A stretch of 64,000 nt of DNA from NCBI GenBank assembly GCA_963788195.1, contig CAWBGA010000001.1:192001-256000 (forward strand), in the 5' to 3' direction. Under the pieces are notes generated by a model. That model worked only from the letters and a program-made list of their open reading frames with translations. It was not told where the DNA came from and made no database searches. The stretch is from Nitrospirota bacterium. Lineage in GTDB: Bacteria; Nitrospirota; Nitrospiria; Nitrospirales; NS-4. Shown piece by piece: positions 48,397 through 59,052 of this stretch; within the stretch, counting starts at the first letter, position 1; the number at the start of each line of letters is the position of its first letter. Both the position numbers and the translations under genes were made by a program.

Positions 48397-48729
48397 ATGC
48401 ACGGCGGCGAAGTCTTCGTTTCCAAAATTCTCAGCATGCAAGTCATCGATATAGTCGAGGCGGTGGCGCCCGGCTGTCGGATCGAGGTGACCGGAATTCG
48501 TCCCGGGGAGAAAGTGCATGAGGTTCTCATTGCCGAGGACGAATCGCGCGCCGCTTTAGAGTTTGATGACATGTATTTGATCACCCCGATGTTTCAATGG
48601 TGGGGGGGTGAAGGGTGGCAAGACGGGAAACCTTTGCCGGAGGGATTTAGATTCGCCAGCGAAACGAATACTCAGTGGATATCGCAGGCCGAACTGCAAG
48701 GGCTTATGGGTGAATCCACAAATGGATAG
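48397..48729 (+). pseudogene. Truncated duplicate of pseB 3' end (direct repeat copy 2)
   Basis: MHGGEVFVSKI...GIRPGEKVHEVLIAEDESR...ESTNG*, near-identical to the PseB C-terminus. Confidence 0.9.
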
Positions 48730-49909
48730 ACTCGCCGTCGAAGGTGGCAGGCCCGTGCGTGCCGCCTTGTTACCCTATGGCTGCCAAACGGTGGACGATG
48801 ACGACGTCCAAGCCGTGACAGAGACATTGCGCTCCCCATGGCTGACTACAGGCCCGAAGGTCGAGGAGTTTGAAAAAGCCTTTGCCGGCGCGGTCGGCGC
48901 TTCGCATGCGGTGTCCGTGACCAACGGCACTGCCGCGCTGCACGCTACGATGGCTGCTCTTGATATCGGTCCGGGCGACGAAGTTATCGTCCCGCCCCTC
49001 ACGTTTGTCGCCAGCGCGAATTGTATTCTCTACGCGGGGGGCCGGCCCGTGTTTGCGGACGTCGATCCCTCGACACTCCTGCTCGACTCAGTTCAGGTAG
49101 AAGCGAAGGTGACGTCACGAACCAAGGCAATTATCGCGGTCGACTATGCCGGGCTTCCCTGTGATTATGATGCTTTGCGAAAGATCGCAGATCGCTTTGG
49201 AATGGCGGTTGTTGCCGATGCCTGCCATGCTCTCGGGGGTGGGTATCACGGGCGTCCGGTAGGTTCCCTGGCGAATCTGAATGTTTTCAGTCTGCACCCC
49301 GTCAAACACATCACCACCGGCGAGGGGGGCATGATCACCACCGATGCCGCCGAATCTGCGAGACGGCTGCGGATTTTTCGCAATCACGGAATCGCCAGCG
49401 ACCACAGACAGCGCGAACTCTTCGGTTCCTGGTACTACGAGATGGAAGAACTGGGGTTCAACTACCGCCTGACCGATATCCAGTGCGCGCTCGGACTTTC
49501 CCAATTGAAGAAACTCAAGGCCTGGGTGTCTCGTCGGCGGCAGATCGCCAGCAAGTATACGACCGCGTTCTCTTCACTTCAGGAAATAGAATTGCCTGCT
49601 TCACCGACGGATAGGGATCACGCGTGGCATCTGTATGTGATCCGTCTTCATCTCGAACGCTTGAGAGTCAGCAGAACGGCGGTGTTTCGAGCCCTCCGGG
49701 CCGAGAATATCGGCGTCAACGTGCATTATATTCCGGTTCCCTGGCAGCCATTCTACCAACGGTTGGGATACGGGAAGGGGCAGTGGCCGGTCGCTGAGTC
49801 GGCCTACGAGAGGATCATCAGTCTCCCAATCTGGCCCGGGATGACGGATGTTGATATACAGGACACCATTACCGGGGTAAGCAAAGTCCTTGCCGCCTAT
49901 CGAAAATGA
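48722..49909 (+). CDS. pseC: UDP-4-amino-4,6-dideoxy-N-acetyl-beta-L-altrosamine transaminase
   Basis: LPYGCQ, WLTTGPKV, NGTAALH, DACHALG, FSLHPVKHITTGEGG, LGFNYRLTDIQ; follows pseB. Confidence 0.9.
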   Translation: MDRLAVEGGRPVRAALLPYGCQTVDDDDVQAVTETLRSPWLTTGPKVEEFEKAFAGAVGASHAVSVTNGTAALHATMAALDIGPGDEVIVPPLTFVASANCILYAGGRPVFADVDPSTLLLDSVQVEAKVTSRTKAIIAVDYAGLPCDYDALRKIADRFGMAVVADACHALGGGYHGRPVGSLANLNVFSLHPVKHITTGEGGMITTDAAESARRLRIFRNHGIASDHRQRELFGSWYYEMEELGFNYRLTDIQCALGLSQLKKLKAWVSRRRQIASKYTTAFSSLQEIELPASPTDRDHAWHLYVIRLHLERLRVSRTAVFRALRAENIGVNVHYIPVPWQPFYQRLGYGKGQWPVAESAYERIISLPIWPGMTDVDIQDTITGVSKVLAAYRK

Positions 49910-50928
49910 GCCAGCCGCTTATCGTGTTTCGCACCGAAGGCGGCCCGAGAATTGGTCTCGGCCATATACGCCGTTCAATGACGTTGGCGAAGGAGCTCGA
50001 GACGCAAGGTGCGAGTGCGCTGTTTGTTCTTCCCGAAGATCCTATATCACTTGAAATTCTTGGCCGTGAAGGATTCCAGGCGACCACGGTAGCGATAGAG
50101 AAAGATCTTGATCTCGCGGCGACGCTCAAGTGCATGGAAAGCGCTGCCGCTCATGCCACCGTCATTGACGCATATAGCATTCTAGATTTCTCTCGAATTA
50201 CCCGCGCCACCTTTACCGGAGTCATAGATGACCTCGCGGAAAGATCCTTGCCGGTCGACCTGATCATTAATGGAGGCGTGGAGGCGGAACGACTGCCTTA
50301 TCGCGCCGCCGAGCATACTCAATTGTTGCTCGGTGCACAGTATAGTCTTTTACGAAAAGAGTTTTCTGAAGAGCCTATCCGTCGACACAAAGCAGGCATA
50401 GAGCGGGTGCTCATCACCCTCGGGGGAACAGACAATACCGGCCTTACGGTAGATATCATCACATGGGTCCGGGAAACACTGCCGCGTGTGATGGTGGATG
50501 TGGTTACGGGAGCATTTTTTAATCGAATGACCAGGGACAAGATCCGTGATCTATTAAAAAAAGATGCCGGCATTCACCAACATGACAACCCGCCCCATAT
50601 GCGTGAACTGATGCTCGCGTGTGATGTGGCCATCACCGGCGGCGGGCAGACCACCCATGAATTAGCCGCCACCGGCACTCCAGGGTTGGCGTTTCGGGTA
50701 GCCGATAACCAGACCAATAACCTTCGGGGTCTTTCATCCAAGGGGGCGTTACGATGGATCGGAGACTCCAAAGACAGTAACCTCAAGCAGAATCTAATTA
50801 GCGCCTTGCGGGACCTGGCCGAGAACAGCGAGACACGAGACGAAATGAGCCGCGCGGGGCGGCGCCTTGTTGACGGCGCAGGGACGGAACGCGTGGCACG
50901 GGCCATTCTGCGGGCGTGCACGGCATGA
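49906..50928 (+). CDS. pseG: UDP-2,4-diacetamido-2,4,6-trideoxy-altropyranose hydrolase
   Basis: IGLGHIRRSMTLA, VIDD, LLRKEF, ITLGGTD, GGGQTTHE, VADNQ, VDGAG..RV. Confidence 0.85.
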   Translation: MSQPLIVFRTEGGPRIGLGHIRRSMTLAKELETQGASALFVLPEDPISLEILGREGFQATTVAIEKDLDLAATLKCMESAAAHATVIDAYSILDFSRITRATFTGVIDDLAERSLPVDLIINGGVEAERLPYRAAEHTQLLLGAQYSLLRKEFSEEPIRRHKAGIERVLITLGGTDNTGLTVDIITWVRETLPRVMVDVVTGAFFNRMTRDKIRDLLKKDAGIHQHDNPPHMRELMLACDVAITGGGQTTHELAATGTPGLAFRVADNQTNNLRGLSSKGALRWIGDSKDSNLKQNLISALRDLAENSETRDEMSRAGRRLVDGAGTERVARAILRACTA

Positions 50929-51990
50929 CGCCGCGGCAAATACAGATCGGCGGACGGAAAATCGGAGAAGGATTGCCCTGTTTCATCGTCGCCGAAGCCG
51001 GCAGCAACCATAACGGCAATCTCGATCACGCGCTGGCAATCATTGATGCTGCAAAGCAGTCACAGGCCGATGCCGTGAAGTTTCAGAACTTCCGTGCGGA
51101 AAAGCTGTATCCCCGCGACTGCCGGCACGTCGGATTACCTGCCGGTCAGGAAGCCGATCTATGACGTTATGAAAAGCATGGAAATGCCGCCGGAATGGAT
51201 CCCGGTGCTTGCGGATTACTGCAAGGCTCGAGACCTGATATTTTTTTCGGCTCCGTTCGACGAAGAGTCCGCGGACATCCTCGAGCCGTATGTGCCGGTC
51301 TACAAGATCGCTTCCTACGAGATTACGCACGCACCCCTGATCCGCCACGTCGCCCGCAAGAAAAAGCCGATGATTCTCTCCACCGGCACCGCGGATCTCG
51401 CAGAAGTTCGGCAAGCTGTTGAATGGTGCCATGCGGAAGGGAATCACCAGATTGCGCTGTTGCAATGTACTGCCGCCTATCCCGCGCCTTTGAATACGCT
51501 GAATGTTCGCGCGCTCGTCACGATGAGAGAACTATTCGAGGTCCCGACGGGCATCTCGGACCATTCTCGCGATCCGCTCGTCGGCCCGACGTGTGCAGCG
51601 GCCCTTGGCGCGAACATCATCGAGAAGCATTTCACGCTCAGCAACCGTCTTCCAGGACCCGATCATGCCTATGCCGTTGAGCCTGCGGAGTTCAATGCGA
51701 TGGTCGAGTCGGTCAGAAATACCGAACAGGCGCTCGGAGACGGTATTAAAGCGACACAAGACGTGGAACGCGAGCTCCATCGATTTGCACGGCGATTTAT
51801 TTACGCGACGCGGCCCATTGAGCAAGGTGAGAAATTGACGGCGGAAAATATAGCAGTGCTTCGGAGCGGAAAGTTAACGACGGGACTGGCGCCGAAACAC
51901 TGGGACCTGGTGCGCGGGCGGACTGCCCGTCGGGATATTGCGGAGGGAAAGCCGATTGACGCCGACGACTGCGGCATTGACATTGCGTAA
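50925..51990 (+). CDS. pseI: NeuB-family nonulosonate synthase (PseI-like), frameshifted near 51115
   Basis: IVAEAGSNHNG, DAVKFQ, then YKIASYE, LSTG, LQCTAAYP, GISDHS, IEKHFTL, GPDH, C-terminal SAF domain. Confidence 0.82.
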
Positions 51991-52453
51991 GGCCACGCTC
52001 GAGGACGGTGGCTTCCTCTTGAGGGTTCGCAATGAGGACGATGTTCGATTGCAATCCAAGAACCAGGAGTTGATCTCGGGAGAGACTCATGAGAAGTGGC
52101 TGACGCATAATCTCGGGGACGCCGATTCTGCGATTTGGATCATCGAGCGCCAGCACGAGAAGGTCGGATACATCCGCGCACAAAAGCTTGAACAACCTGG
52201 CGAGTCTGGGAAATGGCTGTTGAGCATAGCATTGGAATCTTTCTCCCGGGGAAGAGGATATGGGAGCTGGGCAATCACAGAAGCATGCCGATTATTGCAG
52301 ACAGACTACCGTGCCGACACGATTGTCGCGGAGGTCAAAAGCAAGAATTCTGTATCAATGAGAGTATTTAAGAGAATGGGATTTATCATGGCGGCGAATG
52401 TTGGAGAGCAGAGCAAAGATCTGTCGCGGCTCGAATTATCTCTTCGCAAATGA
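51977..52453 (+). CDS. GNAT N-acetyltransferase (PseH-like)
   Basis: LRKATLED...RN...VR, HEKWL, RGRGYG, N..S..VFKRMGF; start uncertain. Confidence 0.8.
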   Translation: MTLRKATLEDGGFLLRVRNEDDVRLQSKNQELISGETHEKWLTHNLGDADSAIWIIERQHEKVGYIRAQKLEQPGESGKWLLSIALESFSRGRGYGSWAITEACRLLQTDYRADTIVAEVKSKNSVSMRVFKRMGFIMAANVGEQSKDLSRLELSLRK

Positions 52454-52578
52454 AGATCCGGAGTGCGCCAAGGACGCAAGGAGGCCATCACCGTGAGTGA
52501 AATTGCGGACAACCTGATCATCCGCAAAGGTAATGAGATACAAGGGGAGAGTCGGGATATTGTTATAAGACGGTTGAT

Positions 52579-53406
52579 ATGTTGAAACTTACCGATCAGT
52601 CCGCAATATAGTAACGGCAGGTTTTCTTGAATCTTGCAGAGTCAAAGCTAAGCCGATAAGCCGGTAATTGAGTGCACCGATCTGACTCCTAAAAAGGTCT
52701 ATCTGTATTTTTATGCCGATTCTGTTGGGTTTCCTCGGCTCAATCAAAGTCCCGATGTTACTTGGCCATTTTTATTGAAAGACCTTTTGGAACGCCATTG
52801 CAAAGTCTCCGTGTATCCCTATATGAGAGGACTCGCCAGGCGGAAGGATAAAGGATATCCAACGAATATTTAAACGTGATGCCCGTTATTTAAAGGCACA
52901 GAACGGAAACTCATTTTCTTTTGTTATTTATAATATTGGCATCGTCGATGCTGCGCCCAGACCCTTTACCTACTATCTTAACCACCTGTATAAGTTCGCC
53001 AAGCTCCCTCACGTAGGCCGATATATATCGTTTTTTTTATCAAAAATACTGCATCCGAACAGGAGATTGTTGCAAAACATTCACTTCTTTAGGTTGACAG
53101 CGCCTGGAGATTTTCGTGAGCGTTTTGATCAAATGGTTAAGCATTCCAATAATGCAGGCATGTATGCAATCAGCATAGATACTCCATTAACCCCAGTTTC
53201 ACTAGAGGACCGATCTCCTGGGCTACGGCAATCGATTAATTTATATAATTCATTGAAACATTTAAATACTACGGTTTTGCATGTGCCCACGGATTGGGTC
53301 AATGCCGAGCATTATCTCGAGTGCGGTCATCACTTTAATGCGGCCGGCCATCAAGAGCTTGGCGCGTAGGCTTTATTGTATTATAAGGGATATTATGGAT
53401 GCCTAA
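52579..53406 (+). pseudogene. AT-rich SGNH-fold gene broken by several frameshifts
   Basis: Fragments YFYADSVGFPR..VTWPFLL (from 52691), NIGIVDAAPRPF and ECGHHFNAAGHQEL in successive frames; boundaries approximate. Confidence 0.6.
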
Positions 53407-54296
53407 CTTGGCCTCCGATCCCCATTTGAGACTCGCTCTAGGCACTGCCCAGTTCGGGCAGCACTATGGTATCGCCAATCAACATGGCCAAGTCTCTCTT
53501 AGTGAAGCCAAAACGATTCTCGCGTATGCATCGGCTTGCGGGATGGATACATTGGATACAGCAATTGCTTACGGTAATAGCGAACTGCAACTCGGCCAGA
53601 TAGGGGTTCAATACTGGAAGGTGGTGTCAAAGTTGCCTGCCATGCCGGAAGGCTGCAGTGACATAGTTCAGTGGGTAGCAGATTCTGCAGAGGAATCCTT
53701 GCAACGGCTGAAAAGTAAATCCCTGTACGGCTTTCTGTTGCATCGCCCGCAACAGCTTCTGGAGCGAGGCGGTGATCGGCTCTACTATGCCTTGCAGCGA
53801 CTGAAGCACGAAGGGGATTGTACAAAAAATCGGCATTTCGGCGTTCGCCCCTTCAGATCTCGATGCTCTTTGTAGCCGCTTTCAATTTGATCTTGTCCAG
53901 GCTCCCTTCAATATCGTGGACCGTCGCTTGATTGATTCAGGTTGGCTTTGGCGACTGGCGGAGCAGGGCATAGAATTACATACGCGGTCGGTGTTTCTCC
54001 AGGGATTGCTTTTAATGAAGCCAGGTGACAGACCGCAAAAATTCGCCAGATGGTCCATGCTGTGGTCAAAATTGGACGAGTGGTTTGAGCGCGCCGGGCT
54101 GACTCCAGTGCAAGCCTGTCTCCGGTACGCCATGTCATTCTCGCAAATAGGCAAAGTCATCGTCGGTGTCGATAATCTAAGCCAACTTGAAGAAATCCTC
54201 CATGCGGCCCAAAAGCCAGACCTACAGATCTCCGATGAGCTCAACAGTGATGACCTTGACTTGTTGAATCCGGCCAATTGGGCGAGTCTCGCGTAA
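53399..54296 (+). CDS. Aldo/keto reductase, frameshifted near 53812
   Basis: LALGTAQFG..YG, LDTAIAYGNSE, LLHRP; continues QAPFNIVDRR, RSVFLQGLL, IVGVDN..QL. Confidence 0.85.
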
Positions 54297-54347
54297 CGTC
54301 GCAGCCACTTCGAAGCCTTTCAGGCTATAGACCAAGATCACAAAACA

Positions 54348-55349
54348 ATGCACATCGAAATCATTGCTGAATTAGCCCAGGGTTTTGAAGGGCGGCCGGA
54401 GCAGGCTCGTTTGCTGCTGCGGGCTTCTGCGGCCGCTGGTGCCGATGCGGCCAAGTTTCAGTTGGTCTACGCCGATGAGCTGGCAATTCCCGACTATAAG
54501 CATTACGACCTTTTCCGCTCCCTCGAAATGCCCGACGTGGTCTGGGAGGAACTTGCTCGATACGCACAGGAGTTGAACATTGCGCTTTATTTCGATGTCT
54601 TCGGCGCACGCAGCATTGCCTTGGCAGAACACGTGGGTGCCCGGGCACTAAAGGTACACGGCACGGACATTGCCAATGTGAGTCTACTCCATCAGATCGC
54701 TCAAACTGCGGTACCGAAGATTCTGCTGGGTGCAGGAGGCGCATTTCTCCCTGAAATTGAGCGAGCCATCCATCTACTAGCCGACAAAGAGATCGTCATT
54801 CTTTTGGGATTCCAGAGCTATCCGACACCTACCGATGCCAATCAGATTGCGCGCGTGCGTATGCTGTCAGATTGGTTGTCGACGCGAAATCCGAATGTCA
54901 CGCTGGGTGTTGCTGATCATGCATCACCGGGTAACTTGCTGCGTGTAGCGCTGGCGGCAACAGCTTTGGGGGCAGGCGCTCGAGTGTTCGAGAAACACCT
55001 CACCCTGGGTGAAGTAATGAAGATGGAAGATCATGAAGCTGCGCTCAATCCAGACCGATTTGCTGAATTTGTGACGGTCGTGCACGATTGTGCCATGGCC
55101 TACGGCGAATGCAATGGAGCAGCGGACTTTGGTATGAGTCTGGCCGAACAGAGTTATCGAAAGATGATTCAGCGGCATGTTGTCGCCAGCCGAGATCTCA
55201 CGAAATATTCAAGGATTTCGCCGGGCGATCTGGTTCTCAAGCGCACCTCGGCTGAGCAAGTCATCACGGACCTGGATCAAGTGTATAAAAAAATACTCAA
55301 GCGCGATCTCCAGAACAATGAGCCGATTTTGCCTGACGATATTGAGTAG
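54348..55349 (+). CDS. Second, divergent NeuB-family synthase
   Basis: IIAELAQGFEG, DAAKFQ, GFQSYPT, GVADHA, FEKHLTL, EDH, C-terminal SAF domain. Confidence 0.85.
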   Translation: MHIEIIAELAQGFEGRPEQARLLLRASAAAGADAAKFQLVYADELAIPDYKHYDLFRSLEMPDVVWEELARYAQELNIALYFDVFGARSIALAEHVGARALKVHGTDIANVSLLHQIAQTAVPKILLGAGGAFLPEIERAIHLLADKEIVILLGFQSYPTPTDANQIARVRMLSDWLSTRNPNVTLGVADHASPGNLLRVALAATALGAGARVFEKHLTLGEVMKMEDHEAALNPDRFAEFVTVVHDCAMAYGECNGAADFGMSLAEQSYRKMIQRHVVASRDLTKYSRISPGDLVLKRTSAEQVITDLDQVYKKILKRDLQNNEPILPDDIE

Positions 55350-55361
55350 CGCAATTTCAAG

Positions 55362-56114
55362 ATGAGAAGACGTCTCGTCGCCGCCATCGCTTGCCGTAAT
55401 CAGGGATCACGACTTTATGGCAAGCCACTCCAGAATCTGGATGTGGAGAAGGGGGTTCGAATACTCGACAACATCGTCGACTGCCTGCAGACGATTGGCT
55501 GCATCGACGAAATCGTGTTTGGTATCTCTGAAGGCATGGAGAACGAGGTTTTCAGGAAGATCGCAGAAGAAAAGGGACTTCGATATGTCGTTGGCGATCA
55601 GGTTGATGTTCTTTCCCGGCTTGTTCGATGCGGGCAACTTGCTGGCGCGACAGACGTCTTTCGGATTACCAGCGAGTCCCCGTTCCTTTATTTTGAACCG
55701 GTAGAGGATTTGTGGCGCAGGCATCAGGCGGAGCAAGCGGATGCCACCTTTATGGATGACATCATTGACGGGTGCGGTTTTGAGATCATTGCTCTCAGGG
55801 CACTGGAGGAGGCGCATTCGAAAGGCGAGAAGAAACACCGCTCGGAACTATGCACCCTATATATCCGGGAGCATCTCCAGCAATTCAAGGTGATCAAGGC
55901 GAATCCGCCTCAAGAACTAATCCGCCGCGATCTTAGGCTAACGGTCGACAATCCGGAAGACCTCGCCGTTTGTCGGGTTGTTTACGGAGCCTTCAAAGAA
56001 CTAGCGCCCAAGATTCCGATTACTGATGTTGTCAGGTTTTTGGATGCACATCCCAAGTTGATCGAGATGGTTGCTCCTTTTACAGCCGCAGGCTACACCA
56101 CCATGTACCGTTGA
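55362..56114 (+). CDS. SpsF/NeuA-like cytidylyltransferase
   Basis: IACRNQGSRLYGKPL, DVLSRL, RITSESPF, RLTVDNPEDL. Confidence 0.85.
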   Translation: MRRRLVAAIACRNQGSRLYGKPLQNLDVEKGVRILDNIVDCLQTIGCIDEIVFGISEGMENEVFRKIAEEKGLRYVVGDQVDVLSRLVRCGQLAGATDVFRITSESPFLYFEPVEDLWRRHQAEQADATFMDDIIDGCGFEIIALRALEEAHSKGEKKHRSELCTLYIREHLQQFKVIKANPPQELIRRDLRLTVDNPEDLAVCRVVYGAFKELAPKIPITDVVRFLDAHPKLIEMVAPFTAAGYTTMYR

Positions 56115-56230
56115 AGAGCAAGAGTGACCAACGTTGGCCGGCGCTCTGGAAAGGCGCCAAGCAGATCGTTCCCGGGCGGGAACATATGTCCACGCTCAAG
56201 TGCCCGGAAGAAGTGTATTTGGCCCAAAAG
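56111..56230 (+). pseudogene. Remnant N-terminus of a class III aminotransferase
   Basis: ALWKGAKQIVPG resembles the A..IIPGG start of GSA-type aminotransferases (compare AHHVIPGG at about 57165). Confidence 0.45.
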
Positions 56231-56286
56231 CCGATTGTGTATCCGTATGCAGACGCGGCTGGAACATCTGAAATAGGTGCGCTCCA

Positions 56287-57078
56287 GTGGATTTCGGCTT
56301 AATCGGAAAGACAGCGGTGGTTTGGCAAGCAGTAAGGGTCTGGGACGGGCCACGGCAGAAGCGTTAGCTGCCGAAGGCTGTCAGGTCGCGATGTGCGCCA
56401 GAAACGGCGACGAACTGGAACGGGCGGCCGAAGATCTACGGCATCGGTATACGGGGAAGATCTTCGCTCAGGCCTGCGATGTCTCGCAGCGCGGATGATC
56501 TCGATCGTTTCTTTGCGGAGGCTCGCGCGATGTTAGGTCCTGCCGATATCCTGGTCAACAATGCCGGCGGTCCGCCTGCGGGGCCAATCGATGCTTTTAA
56601 TGACGACGCCTGGCAGGCCGCGTTCGAACTCAACTTCATGAGCGTCGTCCGGGCGTGCCGCCATGTCCTTCCCGACATGAAAGCGAAGCGGTGGGGCCGC
56701 ATTCTGACGATCGCCAGCACCAGCGTGAAGCAGCCGATTCCCGGCCTCGTGCTGTCCAACAGCTTCAGGGCTGCGGTCGCCGGATATTCAAAGACCTTGT
56801 CGATGGAAGTCGGCGCCTATAACATCCTGGTGAATTGTGTGCTGCCGGGCCCTTTTTTGACGGATCGCAATCGTCAGTTGGGCGCAAAGATCTCCGCGGA
56901 CCGTGGAATCACGATGGAAAGCCTCATCGCGGAATGGGAGAAAGATCTTCCCGTGCGGCGCATGGGAGAACCGCTTGAGTTCGGAAGAGTCATGGCCTTT
57001 CTCGCGAGTGATCGCTGCGGCTTTATGACGGGGGCCTGTATTCCGGTGGACGGTGGCTCGGTCAAGGGATTGTACTGA
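56287..57078 (+). CDS. Classical SDR oxidoreductase (FabG-like), frameshifted near 56322 and 56490
   Basis: GTG DFGLIGKTAVV / ASSKGLGRATA / DILVNNAGGP, LSNSFR, VNCVLPG, MTGACIPVDGG. Confidence 0.82.
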
Positions 57079-57098
57079 GGGAGCACACAGCAGAGGGT

Positions 57099-58443
57099 AT
57101 GGCCAGGGAGAAGGTGGAGTCCAGATCGGGAATCCCGCAATCCGATGAGGAGTTTAGTGAACGCGCCCATCACGTCATTCCAGGCGGTTCCCACACCTAT
57201 TCAAGGGGCGACGATCAGTTTCCCGTCTTCGGCCCCGCACACATTCGTAAAAGGCAAAGGCGGTCGGGTCTGGGGGTTGGATGGCCAGGAATATGTGGAT
57301 TGGGGCATGGGAATCAATAATGTACTAATCGGCCATGCAGAAGATGCGATCGACGAGGCTGCGATTGCGGCGATCCGCCAGGGGCAAGCCTTTTCGCGTC
57401 CGACCATTCTGGAAGTGACGGCAGCCGAGAGGATCACAAGCCTGTTTCCTGGCCTCGACATGGTGAAGTTCGGCAAGAATGGTTCGGATGCTAACTCGGC
57501 GGCGATCCGGCTGGCTCGTGCGATCACCGGCCGCGATCTCATCGGATACGACGGCACGGCGCCGTTCCTCAGCATTCATGATTGGTTCATCGGCAAGACA
57601 GCTGTGAATGCCGGGGTTCCTGAAGCTATCCAAAACCTCAGTGTGCCCTTTGCCTTTAATGATGTGCCAAGCGTCGAGCGAATGTTTGCTGAGCATCCAA
57701 ACAAGATCGCGGCGGTCATTCTGGAAGTCTGTCGCGACACGAAACCGGCGCCCGGTTTTTTGAAGACACTGCGCCGCTTATGCGATGAGCAGGGAACTTT
57801 GCTGATCTTTGACGAGGTCGTGACCAGCTTTCGCTATGCACTACATGGCGCACACTCGCTTTTCGGCGTGGTCCCCGATTTCATGTCCATCGGGAAGGGC
57901 ATGGCGAACGGATATGCCCTGGCAGCGATTCTCGGCAGGCGGGAATACATGGAGCGCGGCGGGATCCGGCACGGTCAGGAGCGTGTCTTCTTCCTTTCCA
58001 CCACCAACGGCCCGGAGCAATCGGCACTGGCCGCCACGCTGGCGGTCGTGGATTTTTATCGGCAACAGGACGTCATCGCGCACTTGTACCGGACCGGACA
58101 GCGCCTTATCGATGGGCTCGCGAAGGCGGCCGCGAATCATGGTATCGCCGACTTTATCTCAGCCGCGAGTGACTTTAGCTGCCGGCCGGTCTTGAAATTC
58201 TTGGGGCCCGGCCGAGAACCCTCCATGGAGTACCGGACCCTCTTTCTCCAAGAGATGGCCAAGGGCCGTGTCTTTATCCCGTGGATCTGCCCCTGCTTCC
58301 GGCATCGCGAGTCCGAGGTTGATCAGACGTTGGATGTCTTCGATCGGGCGTGCAAGGTCTATGCGCAAGCTCTGGAAACCGGATCGGTGCAGCGTTTTCT
58401 CAACGGTCCCGCGGCCAAGCCTGTATTCAGAAAATTCAACTAG
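57099..58443 (+). CDS. Class III PLP aminotransferase (GSA aminomutase-like), frameshifted near 57225
   Basis: AHHVIPGGSHTYSRGDDQFP then GKGGRVW..DGQEYVD, KFGKNGSDA, LIFDEVVT.FR, GKGMANG. Confidence 0.87.
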
Positions 58444-58451
58444 CGGAAGGC

Positions 58452-59033
58452 ATGAAGCTGCTGGAGCATCCCGGTAAGACGAAAAGCGAGTTGATTGGGA
58501 TGCATCTGCGCCTACGCGAGGTCAGGCTGTCCGACGCCAACGGGCCCTACTTGGAATGGATGAACGATGCCGAGGTCCTCAAATATACCGAGAGTAGGTT
58601 TCAATCACACTCTAAAGCGGATCTGTGTGACTACGTGGTGAGGATCAATGCGAACCCGGACTTCGTTTTCCGTGCCATCACGCTTGGCGATACGGGCCGG
58701 CACATCGGAAACATCAAACTTGGGCCCATCGATTGGAATCACCGGTTCGGCGATATCGGCATCATTATCGGCGCAAAAGATTGTTGGGGAAAGAATTACG
58801 CCGCCGAGAGCATCCGACTCCTTGCCGATCATGCCTTTAGCGTCCTCAAGATGCACAAACTGACGGCCGGTTGCTACGCGATAAACGAGGCTGGCATCAA
58901 GGCCTTCATAAAAGCAGGGTTCGTCTTCGAAGGCCGCCGGAATAGCCAGTACCTCAGTGACGGCCGGTACGTGGATCATGTCTACCTAGGCCTCATCAAT
59001 CCTGCCGACTTGCCGTCTGGCCGCGCGTCTTGA
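58452..59033 (+). CDS. GNAT N-acetyltransferase (RimJ/RimL-like)
   Basis: YLEWMND, HIGNIKLGPI, GIIIG..WGKNY, KAFIKAGF..EG. Confidence 0.88.
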   Translation: MKLLEHPGKTKSELIGMHLRLREVRLSDANGPYLEWMNDAEVLKYTESRFQSHSKADLCDYVVRINANPDFVFRAITLGDTGRHIGNIKLGPIDWNHRFGDIGIIIGAKDCWGKNYAAESIRLLADHAFSVLKMHKLTAGCYAINEAGIKAFIKAGFVFEGRRNSQYLSDGRYVDHVYLGLINPADLPSGRAS

Positions 59034-59052
59034 GTCAACGAAAGGACTGCTC

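Noticed and set aside
46802..48729. pseB duplication as a pure assembly artefact
   Set aside because: The copies differ by many mostly synonymous substitutions, unlike the indel-type errors seen elsewhere
57099..58443. hemL (tetrapyrrole synthesis)
   Set aside because: GSA-like fold, but embedded among NeuB, cytidylyltransferase and GNAT genes with no hem genes
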